64,000 nucleotides of DNA from an uncultured Candidatus Saccharibacteria bacterium (GTDB taxonomy: Bacteria > Patescibacteriota > Minisyncoccia > Phycocordibacterales > CAIZLB01). Within the stretch, counting starts at the first letter, position 1. Each line of letters begins with the position of its first letter. Shown here piece after piece: positions 10,228 to 19,319 of the stretch. The notes under the pieces were generated by a model that did not search any database, was not told where the DNA came from, and saw only the letters and a list, made by a program, of their open reading frames with translations. The translations under genes and the position numbers were made by a program. Location of the stretch: contig CAYVEK010000001.1 of the NCBI GenBank assembly GCA_964450605.1, positions 72,430 to 136,429 on the forward strand. The letters run 5' to 3'.

Positions 10228-11661
10228 ATGGCAGAAACTAATAAAATCACCCCACGAAATGTTGATTATTCACAATGGTATCTTGATGTTGTAGATGTAG
10301 CAGGTCTTGCTGAACACTCACCGGTTAAGGGGTGTATGATTATCAAACCGTATGGATACGCACTTTGGGAAAAATTCCAAACAGTGCTCGACGCGTGGTT
10401 TAAAGAAACAGGTGTGCAAAACGCCTATTTTCCCATGCTCATACCAGAGAAGCTTTTGAAAAAAGAAGAAAATCATGTAGAAGGTTTCGCCCCAGAAGTT
10501 GCAGTTGTTACACATGCGGGAGGAAAAAAACTTGAAGAACCTCTGATCGTTCGTCCAACTTCTGAAACTATAATGTATGAAGTATTTTCAAAATGGATAC
10601 AGTCATATCGAGATCTTCCTCTTCTTATAAACCAGTGGACAAACGTTGTTCGATGGGAGATGCGAACACGACTCTTTTTGCGAACAACAGAGTTCTTGTG
10701 GCAAGAAGGGCACACTGTGCACGAAGACGAAGCGGGTGCTGATGATAGAGCACGTATGATGCTTGATATATATAAAAAGTTTGCTGAAGAATATCTCGCT
10801 ATACCAGTTATACCAGGTGTAAAATCAGAATCAGAAAAGTTCGCTGGAGCACTTCGAACATATACTATCGAAGCAATGATGCAGGACGGTAAAGCTCTTC
10901 AGTTTGGAACATCACATAACTTAGGTCAAAACTTTGCCAAAGTATTTGATGTTGGTTTTCTTGATAAAACAGGTGAGCGACAGTTTGCATGGCAGACAAG
11001 TTGGGGAGTGAGTACTCGTATGATCGGAGGACTTATCATGGCACACAGTGATGACAAAGGTCTTGTTCTTCCACCAAAGATTGCAAGTATACAAGCTATC
11101 ATCACAACCATCTTTGCTAACGATACAAATCGTGAAGAGATAAATAACAAAGCAGAAGAAATACGAAGTGCTCTACAAAAAGCTGGGATACTAGCTAAAA
11201 CAGATGTACGAGATCTTCGACCTGGTGAAAAATATTTTGAATGGGAACAAAAAGGTGTACCTGTTCGCATCGAGCTCGGTCCGAAAGACATGGAGGCTGG
11301 ACAAGTAGTGCTGGTTCGACGAGACACAGGTGTCAAGGAGACGGTCAAGATTGACGAGGTTGTTGACAAGGTTAGTTTGCTTTTGAGTCAGATACAAGCT
11401 GGTTTATTTGAAACTGCGCTAGCTCGACAAAAAGAAAAAACAAAAACAGTAGACTCTTGGGATGATTTTGTTACAGCGATAGAGGAGGGTTACTTTGTTC
11501 TGGCACACTGGAGTGGAGATGCGGATGTAGAAGCATCTATCAAAGAGGAGACAGGGGCAACTATACGATGTATACCGTTTTCAAGTGAGGCTGAGGAAGG
11601 GGTTTGTGTGAAGAGTGGTAAGAAGTCAGAGAAGAGGGTGTTGTTTGCGAAGGCGTATTAG
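10228..11661 (+). CDS. proS: Proline--tRNA ligase (archaeal/eukaryotic type)
   Basis: RPTSET, VVRWE, FLRTTEFLWQEGHT, SWGVSTR, C-terminal ATIRCIP..FAKAY; start set at ATG 10228. Confidence 0.95.
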   Translation: MAETNKITPRNVDYSQWYLDVVDVAGLAEHSPVKGCMIIKPYGYALWEKFQTVLDAWFKETGVQNAYFPMLIPEKLLKKEENHVEGFAPEVAVVTHAGGKKLEEPLIVRPTSETIMYEVFSKWIQSYRDLPLLINQWTNVVRWEMRTRLFLRTTEFLWQEGHTVHEDEAGADDRARMMLDIYKKFAEEYLAIPVIPGVKSESEKFAGALRTYTIEAMMQDGKALQFGTSHNLGQNFAKVFDVGFLDKTGERQFAWQTSWGVSTRMIGGLIMAHSDDKGLVLPPKIASIQAIITTIFANDTNREEINNKAEEIRSALQKAGILAKTDVRDLRPGEKYFEWEQKGVPVRIELGPKDMEAGQVVLVRRDTGVKETVKIDEVVDKVSLLLSQIQAGLFETALARQKEKTKTVDSWDDFVTAIEEGYFVLAHWSGDADVEASIKEETGATIRCIPFSSEAEEGVCVKSGKKSEKRVLFAKAY

Positions 11662-11664
11662 GGT

Positions 11665-11712
11665 TTTTCTTTATCTTTTCTTTAGATTTTCTTTATCTGA
11701 ATTTGGTATCAT
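11665..11712 (+). promoter_or_regulatory. Three tandem 11-bp direct repeats plus -10 box upstream of a response regulator
   Basis: TTTTCTTTATC (11665), TTTTCTTTAGA (11676), TTTTCTTTATC (11687); TGG-TATCAT at 11707-11712, ATG at 11719. Confidence 0.55.
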
Positions 11713-11718
11713 ATTCTC

Positions 11719-12393
11719 ATGAGAATATTAATTATTGAAGATGATCAAGAATTAGCAAAAGCTCTTGTTGAATGTTTAACAAATGAAGGTATTGTTTCTG
11801 ATGTTTGTAATGATGGTGAAACAGGATCCTACGTTGCTCGTACAAATTCGTACGATGTAATTGTTATTGATAACATACTTCCTAAAAAAGGAGGTATGTC
11901 TGTATGTAGAGATTTGAGGAATTCAAATGTGAGAACTCCTATATTGATAATGTCTGTTCAATCAGAAGTTAATACAAAAGTTGAATTTCTAGAAGCTGGT
12001 GCGGATGATTTTATATCAAAACCTTTTTCTGTGCTTGAATTTATTGCCAGATTAAAAGCCTTAATAAGAAGACCTTACAATATTCAAGATTCAATAATGA
12101 CTATTGATGATTTAACAATAGATATATCAACTCAAACAGTTTATAAAAAAGGTAGGCAGGTATATATGACAAGAAAAGAGTTTATGATACTTGAATACAT
12201 GTCAAAGAAAAAAGGTAATGTAGTTTCTCGTAACGAAATAATGGATCATGTATGGGAAAAAGATTTTGACCCTTTTTCAAATAGTATAGAAACTCATATT
12301 AGAAATATAAGAAAAAAGATAGATTCAGGTAAAAAAAGAAAAATACAAACAGTTCCAGGTAGAGGATACCGTATTATTTCAAAGATAAGTTAA
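11719..12393 (+). CDS. OmpR/PhoB-family response regulator
   Basis: MRILIIEDD receiver, GADDFISKPF, winged-helix end IQTVPGRGY. Confidence 0.93.
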   Translation: MRILIIEDDQELAKALVECLTNEGIVSDVCNDGETGSYVARTNSYDVIVIDNILPKKGGMSVCRDLRNSNVRTPILIMSVQSEVNTKVEFLEAGADDFISKPFSVLEFIARLKALIRRPYNIQDSIMTIDDLTIDISTQTVYKKGRQVYMTRKEFMILEYMSKKKGNVVSRNEIMDHVWEKDFDPFSNSIETHIRNIRKKIDSGKKRKIQTVPGRGYRIISKIS

Positions 12394-12443
12394 CAATCCC
12401 ACCTCATTTGCCATCCACCCATAAACCTGTATAGTATACCTAT

Positions 12444-13457
12444 ATGGCATTTATCGACGAATTAAAACTAAAAATCAAAGCTGGAAAGGGAGGAAATGGT
12501 GTAGTCCGATGGCTACATGAGTACGCCAAAGAATTCGGTGGACCTTGCGGAGGTGATGGAGGACGTGGAGGTAGTGTTTTTGTTCGTGGTATTGCTGATA
12601 CATTTTATTTACGAAAATACGCAAACGTAAAAGAGCTTACAGCTGAAGACGGACACTATGGTGAAGGTTTTAGTCGACAGGGTGCAAGTGGTGAAGAGCT
12701 TATTATCGATGTGCCAGTTGGAACTATCATCACTCGAGTTGAAGATATAAACATACATGATACTGAAACGATGATGAACCCAGTGATAGAGATCACAGAA
12801 GCTGGACAGATGGTTCGTATTTTGAAAGGTGGAAGTGGTGGATATGGAAATGAACACTTCAAGGGTCCATCAAATCAACGACCTGAAGAATGGACTCCAG
12901 GAAAACCAGGAGAAGAAGCTATCTTTACGATAGAGGTTCAGATGATTGCTGATGTTGGTCTTATTGGTCTTCCAAACGCAGGCAAGTCTTCTCTTCTAAA
13001 TGCTTTAACAAAAGCTGATGTAAAAGTTGGAAACTATCAGTTTACAACACTCGAGCCAAACTTGGGTTCCATGTTTGATATTATCTTGGCTGATATCCCA
13101 GGACTTATCGAAGGTGCTTCAGAAGGAAAGGGTTTGGGTCATAAGTTTTTAAGACACATACAGAGAACAAAAGTTCTTGCACATTGTGTGTCTCTCGAAC
13201 AACCTTTGGATGAGATGGTTGCGGTGTATAAAACAGTACGCAATGAGCTCGGAGAATATGATAAGTCACTCGCTGATAAAAAAGAAGTTATCATCTTAAC
13301 TAAGAGTGATGTTATTGATCCAAAAGAAGTTGCAGGAATACAGAAAAAGTTTTTAACAAAGATTAAGAAAAAAGCAGACGAGGTGTTTGTGGTATCTGTG
13401 TATGATATGGATGCGTTGAAAGGTTTGCGAGAGTGGTTGACAAACTTAGTTAAATAA
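12444..13457 (+). CDS. obgE: GTPase Obg/CgtA
   Basis: Gly-rich Obg fold, GLPNAGKS, FTTLEP, DIPGLIEGA, TKSD. Confidence 0.96.
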   Translation: MAFIDELKLKIKAGKGGNGVVRWLHEYAKEFGGPCGGDGGRGGSVFVRGIADTFYLRKYANVKELTAEDGHYGEGFSRQGASGEELIIDVPVGTIITRVEDINIHDTETMMNPVIEITEAGQMVRILKGGSGGYGNEHFKGPSNQRPEEWTPGKPGEEAIFTIEVQMIADVGLIGLPNAGKSSLLNALTKADVKVGNYQFTTLEPNLGSMFDIILADIPGLIEGASEGKGLGHKFLRHIQRTKVLAHCVSLEQPLDEMVAVYKTVRNELGEYDKSLADKKEVIILTKSDVIDPKEVAGIQKKFLTKIKKKADEVFVVSVYDMDALKGLREWLTNLVK

Positions 13458-13534
13458 GTTGTTTTGAGGTGTGTTTTGTGGTATATAAAGGTCCTACTCG
13501 TCATGAAGGCGGGTGTTTAGAACTTTTGACTTAA

Positions 13535-14218
13535 ATGAAAATCGTTACGCTAAGTGGTTGGTTGGGTGGTTTTGGTGAGAATCCTCAGGATCCCACCTGG
13601 TCTTTGGAAGAGAGGGGTGTCCCTGTGTCGCACAAATTTGAAATTAGGCGTAGTAGGTATTTTGTTGAGGGTACCAAACTGCTGATAAATGACAGTGTTC
13701 GGATGGAGGGTGATTTCATTCCAGATGGTTATGTTTACAAACATACTGATCGTTGGAATGGTTTTGAGTTTCGTCCAGATACTGTTTCGCGCAGGGATCC
13801 AGGTTTTATTTACGTGTACATCAGGACACAGGATTTTGTTCCAGGTGTAGTCGCAGAAGCTTTCTACAAAAGACCTGTGTATGAAGATACACCTTACAAA
13901 CTGGGTATAAGACAAATCTGGCAGTTGAATTCTGGTGAAAGTTTGATCATCAGATGGTGCGGTTATTACTGGAAAGTATCAAACTTCAGTCGAAACATTT
14001 TGATTGAGGAATTCTTCCGCGATGGCAAGAGGAGGGTCCTTGTTGGTAATCTGGAGCGTGCTCCGATTGAGATTCAAGAGATCTATGCCATGCAAGAACT
14101 TCGTTTTCTCGAGACTCGTTATGCGGCCGTTTGTAGGCGGCTTGGCAGAAGAGGTGCTCCCACATCTCGTTACTGCAGGATCGGTTGTGGACAGTACGGT
14201 GACCCACTCCCACCCTGA
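13535..14218 (+). CDS. Orphan hypothetical protein (cassette A)
   Basis: 227-aa ORF, GC-richer than flanks, own -10 (13482-13487), leader hairpin and downstream terminator. Confidence 0.65.
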   Translation: MKIVTLSGWLGGFGENPQDPTWSLEERGVPVSHKFEIRRSRYFVEGTKLLINDSVRMEGDFIPDGYVYKHTDRWNGFEFRPDTVSRRDPGFIYVYIRTQDFVPGVVAEAFYKRPVYEDTPYKLGIRQIWQLNSGESLIIRWCGYYWKVSNFSRNILIEEFFRDGKRRVLVGNLERAPIEIQEIYAMQELRFLETRYAAVCRRLGRRGAPTSRYCRIGCGQYGDPLPP

Positions 14219-14229
14219 ACACTCAACGC

Positions 14230-14271
14230 GTGCCCGACCGTGGACCTCGTCCGCGGTTGGGCGCTTTTTTT
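14230..14271 (+). terminator. Long GC-rich intrinsic terminator (cassette A)
   Basis: GTGCCCGACCGTGGAC-ctc-GTCCGCGGTTGGGCGC, 16-bp stem with G-U pairs, then T7. Confidence 0.85.
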
Positions 14272-14329
14272 ATTTTACATACTATGCTAACGTTTCTTAT
14301 GGCGCCGAACGAACGACGCGCGAACTTTT

Positions 14330-15154
14330 ATGATAACAACGAACATAATCACGGCACTCCTGCACGGCTGTGGTACTGTTCGCCATAAGCCGGGCCTTGT
14401 GCTCGATTTTAAAAAACAGTCCATGATTGGATTGTCACGTTGTCGAGTAGACCCACCTATGGGTGAACTGGCAATAATGAACAGCGAAGGCGTCCTCTCT
14501 AGTCGCAGAAACTGTGACCGGGCAGGATATGTACTGTTCACGGGTAATCCAAAGCCTGTGATTACGGTGCAGATGTTTACAGGCCGAGGAGACCTGTTGC
14601 GAGCACAGCCTTTGAGGCGTAAATCTTGGCGATGCTGTCACGAATTTCTGGAACTCTGGAGAGTTCCGGACGGACATAGACTTTTTCTTGTCGTCCGTAA
14701 AAACGGAAAGGATGATGAGTGGAATGTTCGTGTTCAAGATGGGACTATCACCATGGTCTCCAGAGAGCAACAGATCATCGAAGGTCATGCAGGCAACGAG
14801 AAGGGTGCGAAAGCTGAGCAGATGTTTATCAAGGCTTGGCAACATGAGCGTGACTATCATGCTCACAGAGCGACGCCTTACGAAGATCTGCATGAGGAAA
14901 CCGATGCCTGGATCTGTTCACTCAGAGAACCGTGGAGAAAGTATCGGGTACAGATTAAGTCTGGAAAAGGCCATGATCCTTACCCCTTCTATCGACGAGG
15001 CCTTGTGCTGGTTGAGATAGATGTCCACAAAGACACTCCTGCCACTATTCGCTTCAAAACACATTATGCGATAAGGGAGTTCGACCGAGTGAATCCAAAA
15101 TTTTTTGGCGGAAGGCTTCGGCGGATATTTCGACCTCACCGCAACCGCCACTAA
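14330..15154 (+). CDS. Orphan protein with C-terminal PD-(D/E)xK-like nuclease motif (cassette B); start codon uncertain
   Basis: AEQMF...EETDAWI...RVQIKS resembles the E..D..QxK restriction-endonuclease-like signature. Confidence 0.55.
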   Translation: MITTNIITALLHGCGTVRHKPGLVLDFKKQSMIGLSRCRVDPPMGELAIMNSEGVLSSRRNCDRAGYVLFTGNPKPVITVQMFTGRGDLLRAQPLRRKSWRCCHEFLELWRVPDGHRLFLVVRKNGKDDEWNVRVQDGTITMVSREQQIIEGHAGNEKGAKAEQMFIKAWQHERDYHAHRATPYEDLHEETDAWICSLREPWRKYRVQIKSGKGHDPYPFYRRGLVLVEIDVHKDTPATIRFKTHYAIREFDRVNPKFFGGRLRRIFRPHRNRH

Positions 15155-15157
15155 CAG

Positions 15158-15188
15158 GCGCAGCTGTCTCCAGACAGCTGCGCTTTTT
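15158..15188 (+). terminator. Intrinsic terminator (cassette B)
   Basis: GCGCAGCTGTCT-cc-AGACAGCTGCGC perfect 12-bp inverted repeat, then TTTTT. Confidence 0.85.
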
Positions 15189-15218
15189 CTTATTCCTAAA
15201 ATATGCTACACATATACT

Positions 15219-16676
15219 ATGAGTTACACACCTGTCATCGGTCTTGAGATACATGCCGAATTGCATACAAAAACAAAGATGTTTTGTGGATGTAAAAACG
15301 ATCCTTTTGATCGTCGACCAAATGTAAACGTATGTCCTATTTGTCTTGCACATCCAGGAACTCTGCCTGTATTAAATAAGTCTGCTATTTCTCATGTTCT
15401 TAAAGTTGGACTTGCACTTGATGCAGAGATGGCGGATTTTACAGAGTGGGATAGAAAAAACTATTTTTATCCAGACATTCCAAAAGGGTATCAGATTAGT
15501 CAGTACGCGTATCCGCTTGTACAAAAAGGAAAACTATTTGTAAAAAATGCAAAAGGTGAAGATGTGCCTGTTGGTATAACACGTATTCATCTTGAAGAAG
15601 ATACGGCGAGTTCTATACACGATCAAGGTGAGTACAGTCTTGTAAATTATAACCGAGCAGGTGTTCCGTTGATGGAGCTTGTAACAGAACCTGATATACG
15701 AGACGGAAAGACAGCCGGAAACTTCGGTCGTGAATTACAATTACTACTACAAACACTTGGAGTATCTGAAGCAAACATGGAAATGGGTCAGATGCGTGTT
15801 GAAGTAAACATTTCTATACACAAAGAAGGAGAACCTTGGGGAACAAAAGTTGAAATCAAAAACCTCAACTCATTTCGTTCAGCTGAACGGGCTATCGAGT
15901 ATGAGATAACACGACAAGCGGCACTTCTAGATGCTGGAGAAAAAGTAATACAAGAAACTCGTGGTTTTGATGAAAGTAGTGGAAAAACATTTTCACAACG
16001 TGTTAAAGAAAATGCAAATGATTATCGATATTTTCCAGATCCCGATCTTCCAAAACTATATATATCCAAAGAGTTCAACCTGGAAGAATTAAGAAAAACA
16101 TTGCCAGAACTTCCGTGGCAGAAACGAGCACGATATATGTCTCTTGGAGTTAAAGCTGAAGATGCTGAGATGTTTACCAATGATTCATTTTTCGGAGTAT
16201 ATGTCGATGAGATTTTGTCTCGAGACAATCTTTCAACAAAAGCAAAAACTTTGGCGATAAACTATATATCGAGTGATATTGCCGGTATTTTGAAAAAAGA
16301 GACAGAGAGACTTTCAACTCTTGACAGTTATATTGACAAGCGACATTTGGCGGAGATTGTATCCATGATAGAAAAAGATGAGCTCTCTTCACGAGGTGCA
16401 AAAGATCTTATTGCATTTCTTTGGAAAAATGAAGAAGTTGTGGCGCGAACTGTTCGCGAGATTGCTGATGAAAAAGGCTTGATACAAAAAAATGATCCAG
16501 AGGCCGTTAAAGCAATCGTACAAAAAGTTATCGATGCAAATCCAGAACAGGTTGCTGGATTCAAGGCCGGTAAGGAAGCTCTACTTCAATATCTTGTAGG
16601 TCAGGTCATGAAAGAAGGAAAAGGTGCAGTAAACCCTGCACTTGCACAGCAGATGTTGCGGGAGATGATAGGTTGA
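15219..16676 (+). CDS. gatB: Asp-tRNA(Asn)/Glu-tRNA(Gln) amidotransferase subunit B
   Basis: VIGLEIHAEL, KNYFYPDIPKGYQISQ, HLEED, YRYFPDPDLP; true start MSYTP at 15219. Confidence 0.96.
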   Translation: MSYTPVIGLEIHAELHTKTKMFCGCKNDPFDRRPNVNVCPICLAHPGTLPVLNKSAISHVLKVGLALDAEMADFTEWDRKNYFYPDIPKGYQISQYAYPLVQKGKLFVKNAKGEDVPVGITRIHLEEDTASSIHDQGEYSLVNYNRAGVPLMELVTEPDIRDGKTAGNFGRELQLLLQTLGVSEANMEMGQMRVEVNISIHKEGEPWGTKVEIKNLNSFRSAERAIEYEITRQAALLDAGEKVIQETRGFDESSGKTFSQRVKENANDYRYFPDPDLPKLYISKEFNLEELRKTLPELPWQKRARYMSLGVKAEDAEMFTNDSFFGVYVDEILSRDNLSTKAKTLAINYISSDIAGILKKETERLSTLDSYIDKRHLAEIVSMIEKDELSSRGAKDLIAFLWKNEEVVARTVREIADEKGLIQKNDPEAVKAIVQKVIDANPEQVAGFKAGKEALLQYLVGQVMKEGKGAVNPALAQQMLREMIG

Positions 16677-16701
16677 CAGAAACTTTTGTTGAGAATATAC
16701 T
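16673..16701 (+). promoter_or_regulatory. Near-consensus sigma70 promoter for a small non-coding RNA
   Basis: TTGACA (16673-16678), 17-bp spacer, TATACT (16696-16701); no ORF follows before the terminator. Confidence 0.8.
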
Positions 16702-16707
16702 GTGACT

Positions 16708-16767
16708 GTGCTTGGGAGATGGTAGTGATACCAGTCTCATATCGGCATTCAGCTGAAAACCAGGCAT
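16708..16767 (+). ncRNA. Candidate structured small RNA (three-way junction)
   Basis: P1 TGCTTGG/CCAGGCA; P2 GAGA-TGGTA-[GTGA]-TACCA-g-TCTC with GNRA loop; P3 TCGGC-[attca]-GCTGA; lies between a promoter and a terminator. Confidence 0.6.
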
Positions 16768-16770
16768 TAT

Positions 16771-16804
16771 AAAAAACGCATCTCTACGAAGGGATGTGTT
16801 TTTT
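16771..16804. terminator. Bidirectional intrinsic terminator shared by the small RNA and the convergent nuclease-like gene
   Basis: AAAAAACGCATCTCT-acga-AGGGATGTGTTTTTT. Confidence 0.8.
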
Positions 16805-16807
16805 ACT

Positions 16808-17200
16808 TTATGTTACATTGTCTCGTTTTCCAGTTTTCCACGCAGGGATTATTGATATAAATTTGTATGTATTATTAATATCTTTACCAACAATTACTTT
16901 ATATTTTTTATTTTCAATAATCGCAATAAAACCAAAATATTCCAGATCCCTTTTCTCGTATTCTTGGAGCGTTCCTGACTTTGAAAGGATTGAGTTTATG
17001 TGTGTTAGTGATCTAAATCTTTCTATTGTGTCATAATGCTTTCGTTTACCTGTATTCTTTTTCCATATTAAATGTTTAAAGCCACTCATTGTAAATTTTA
17101 CCGTAGTATTTAAATATGGACAGAATATTTCAGATAGAGACATGTACAAGGATCTGTATCTTTTTATAATATCTTTAAAATTAGTGACTTGTTCTGACAT
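16808..17200 (-). CDS. Small basic protein, putative Barnase/EndoU/colicin/RelE (BECR)-fold ribonuclease
   Basis: 130 aa, very AT-rich; VKFTMSGFKHL..R..R helix segment followed by beta strands ending KVIV...FISIIP; -10 TAGATT 7 nt upstream of ATG. Confidence 0.55.
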   Translation of the reverse strand: MSEQVTNFKDIIKRYRSLYMSLSEIFCPYLNTTVKFTMSGFKHLIWKKNTGKRKHYDTIERFRSLTHINSILSKSGTLQEYEKRDLEYFGFIAIIENKKYKVIVGKDINNTYKFISIIPAWKTGKRDNVT

Positions 17201-17293
17201 TGATACAAATCTATCAAATTGAGGTTAGTTAAATTTTAAAGAAAAAATAAAGTTTACCCGAAGAAAGTTGTATTTCATGCTATACTGTTAAAC

Positions 17294-18205
17294 ATGGAAA
17301 AACCGATGTCTTACAAACATACTCTGGTTAGTTTGGCTATATTTGCCTGTATAACTGCCGGTGCTGTTGCATATATGCAGTATCGTCTGGGTGCTGTGCA
17401 AAGCAAATTGGATAAAACAACACTTGACCTAGAAAAGGCCAACAGTACGCTTCTTACACTTACAGCAAGCTCATCAGAGACAGATATATCTCTACAAACT
17501 TTATATAACACGCTAGGAAATATAATCTCAGAAGAAGAAAAGAAAAACATCGCCCTACAAGAGCAGTTGGGAAATGTATCAAAAACAGTTGGTACATTGG
17601 ATAAATTAGCAAAGAGTGATCCTCAGCTTTTAAAAAAATACTCCAAAGTGTATTTTTTAAATGAACACTATGCGCCAACACATCTTGTTGATGTATCTTC
17701 TTCGTATTCTGTGAAAGACGGACAGGTATATCAGATACATGCACAAGTTAGTCCTTTTCTAGAAAGACTTCTTGCTTCTGCTAAAGATGAAGGTATGGAT
17801 TTGCTTGTAACCTCAGCATATAGATCATTTACAGATCAGATGCGTATCAAGAGTTCAAACGCTGTTCGATATGGAACAACAAAAGCAAATACATTTTCTG
17901 CTGATCAAGGATATTCTGAACACCAACTTGGAACAACAGTTGATTTTGCCACATCTAAAACTGGTGCAAACTTTGCCAAGTTTGGCGATTTGAAAGAGTT
18001 TGAATGGTTAAAAAACAATGCTTATAAATACGGCTTCATACTTTCATATCCAAAAGGGAATGCCTACTATATTTACGAACCATGGCACTGGCGTTTTGTG
18101 GGAGTAGATCTTGCCACACGTTTACACAATGAAGGGCGAAATTTTTATGACATGGATCAAAAGACTATAGATGGGTATTTGGTTGACATGTTTGAGGTTA
18201 AATAA
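17294..18205 (+). CDS. Membrane-anchored D-alanyl-D-alanine carboxypeptidase (M15B/VanY family)
   Basis: SAYRS, SEHQLGTTVD, YEPWHWRFVG; N-terminal TM and coiled coil. Confidence 0.9.
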   Translation: MEKPMSYKHTLVSLAIFACITAGAVAYMQYRLGAVQSKLDKTTLDLEKANSTLLTLTASSSETDISLQTLYNTLGNIISEEEKKNIALQEQLGNVSKTVGTLDKLAKSDPQLLKKYSKVYFLNEHYAPTHLVDVSSSYSVKDGQVYQIHAQVSPFLERLLASAKDEGMDLLVTSAYRSFTDQMRIKSSNAVRYGTTKANTFSADQGYSEHQLGTTVDFATSKTGANFAKFGDLKEFEWLKNNAYKYGFILSYPKGNAYYIYEPWHWRFVGVDLATRLHNEGRNFYDMDQKTIDGYLVDMFEVK

Positions 18206-18260
18206 CTTAGTATTGAACAGAGTTAAAGGTTGACAGTTTTATGCTAAAATTAAACCCATT

Positions 18261-19292
18261 ATGACAAACATCGCAATCAACGGAGCCGGACGAATTGGCC
18301 GAGCATTCCTTAAACTAGCAGTTGAAAACCCTTCATTAAATGTCGTTGCTATAAACGACCTTGCGGATATTGAAAACATCGCATATCTCATGAAATATGA
18401 TTCTGCATATGGACGAAGCAATCTCGACATACAAGTTGATAAAACAAATTCAACTTTTACTATAAATGGAAAAACAGTTAAATACATATCAGAAAAAGAT
18501 CCTGCACTTCTACCATGGGGAGCTCACAATGTAGACATCGTACTTGAGTCAACAGGATTATTTACAAGTTATGAAAAAGCGTCAGCTCATATAAAGGCTG
18601 GAGCAAAACGAGTTGTTATATCAGCTCCTGCAAAAGATGAACCAACACCAGAGTTTCCAGGTGCGACAGTTCTTATGGGTATTAACGAACAAGCTCTACA
18701 AGATGCATCGATCAAGATAACTTCAAACGCATCATGTACAACAAACGCAGCGAGCCCTTTGATACAGATCTTGCATGATACTGTAGGTATAGAGAAGGCT
18801 TTGCTTAACACTACACATGCATATACTGCAAGTCAGGCACTCGTTGATGCACCAAACAAAAAAGATTGGCGAGAAGGCCGAGCGGCCGCTCAAAACATGG
18901 CCCCATCTTCAACAGGTGCAGCTATCGCTGTAACAAAAGTTATACCAGAGCTTAGTGGAAAGTTTGATGGTATCGCTGTTCGAGTTCCTGTTATCACGGG
19001 TTCTATTGTGGACATAACATTTATTAGTAAACGAGCCACAACAAAAGAAGAAGTAAACTCTATTCTCGAAGAAGCTTCAAAAGACCCTCGATGGAGTAAA
19101 GTGTTTGCTGTTTCAAAAGAAGAACTTGTTTCTCGAGATATAGTTGGAGATCCTCATGCATCCATCGCTGACCTCAAGATGACACGAGTAGTTGATGGCA
19201 ATCTAGTTAAAGTGATGGCTTGGTATGATAATGAGGGTGGATATACACATGCGTTGATACAGCATGTAGAGATGGTGGCAAAACATATGTAA
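18261..19292 (+). CDS. gap: Glyceraldehyde-3-phosphate dehydrogenase
   Basis: INGAGRIGR, NASCTTN, AWYDNE. Confidence 0.96.
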   Translation: MTNIAINGAGRIGRAFLKLAVENPSLNVVAINDLADIENIAYLMKYDSAYGRSNLDIQVDKTNSTFTINGKTVKYISEKDPALLPWGAHNVDIVLESTGLFTSYEKASAHIKAGAKRVVISAPAKDEPTPEFPGATVLMGINEQALQDASIKITSNASCTTNAASPLIQILHDTVGIEKALLNTTHAYTASQALVDAPNKKDWREGRAAAQNMAPSSTGAAIAVTKVIPELSGKFDGIAVRVPVITGSIVDITFISKRATTKEEVNSILEEASKDPRWSKVFAVSKEELVSRDIVGDPHASIADLKMTRVVDGNLVKVMAWYDNEGGYTHALIQHVEMVAKHM

Positions 19293-19319
19293 AGGAGGTT
19301 TTGTGTTATAATGGTCCAC

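Noticed and set aside
13459-15188. Integron cassette array interpretation of the orphan units
   Set aside because: No RYYYAAC/GTTRRRY-bounded attC structures or integron integrase seen; hairpins carry T tracts like terminators and each ORF has its own promoter.
15105-15218. N-terminal extension of GatB given by the ORF track (similar cases at 4057, 10192, 36347, 55122, 55475, 55977, 58033)
   Set aside because: The extensions run through terminators or promoter elements; downstream ATGs match family starts and the -10 spacing.
16708-16767. Hammerhead ribozyme, purine riboswitch or tRNA identity for the small RNA
   Set aside because: No CUGANGA core, no purine-riboswitch junction consensus, no TTCRA T-loop or four-arm cloverleaf, and no downstream same-strand gene.
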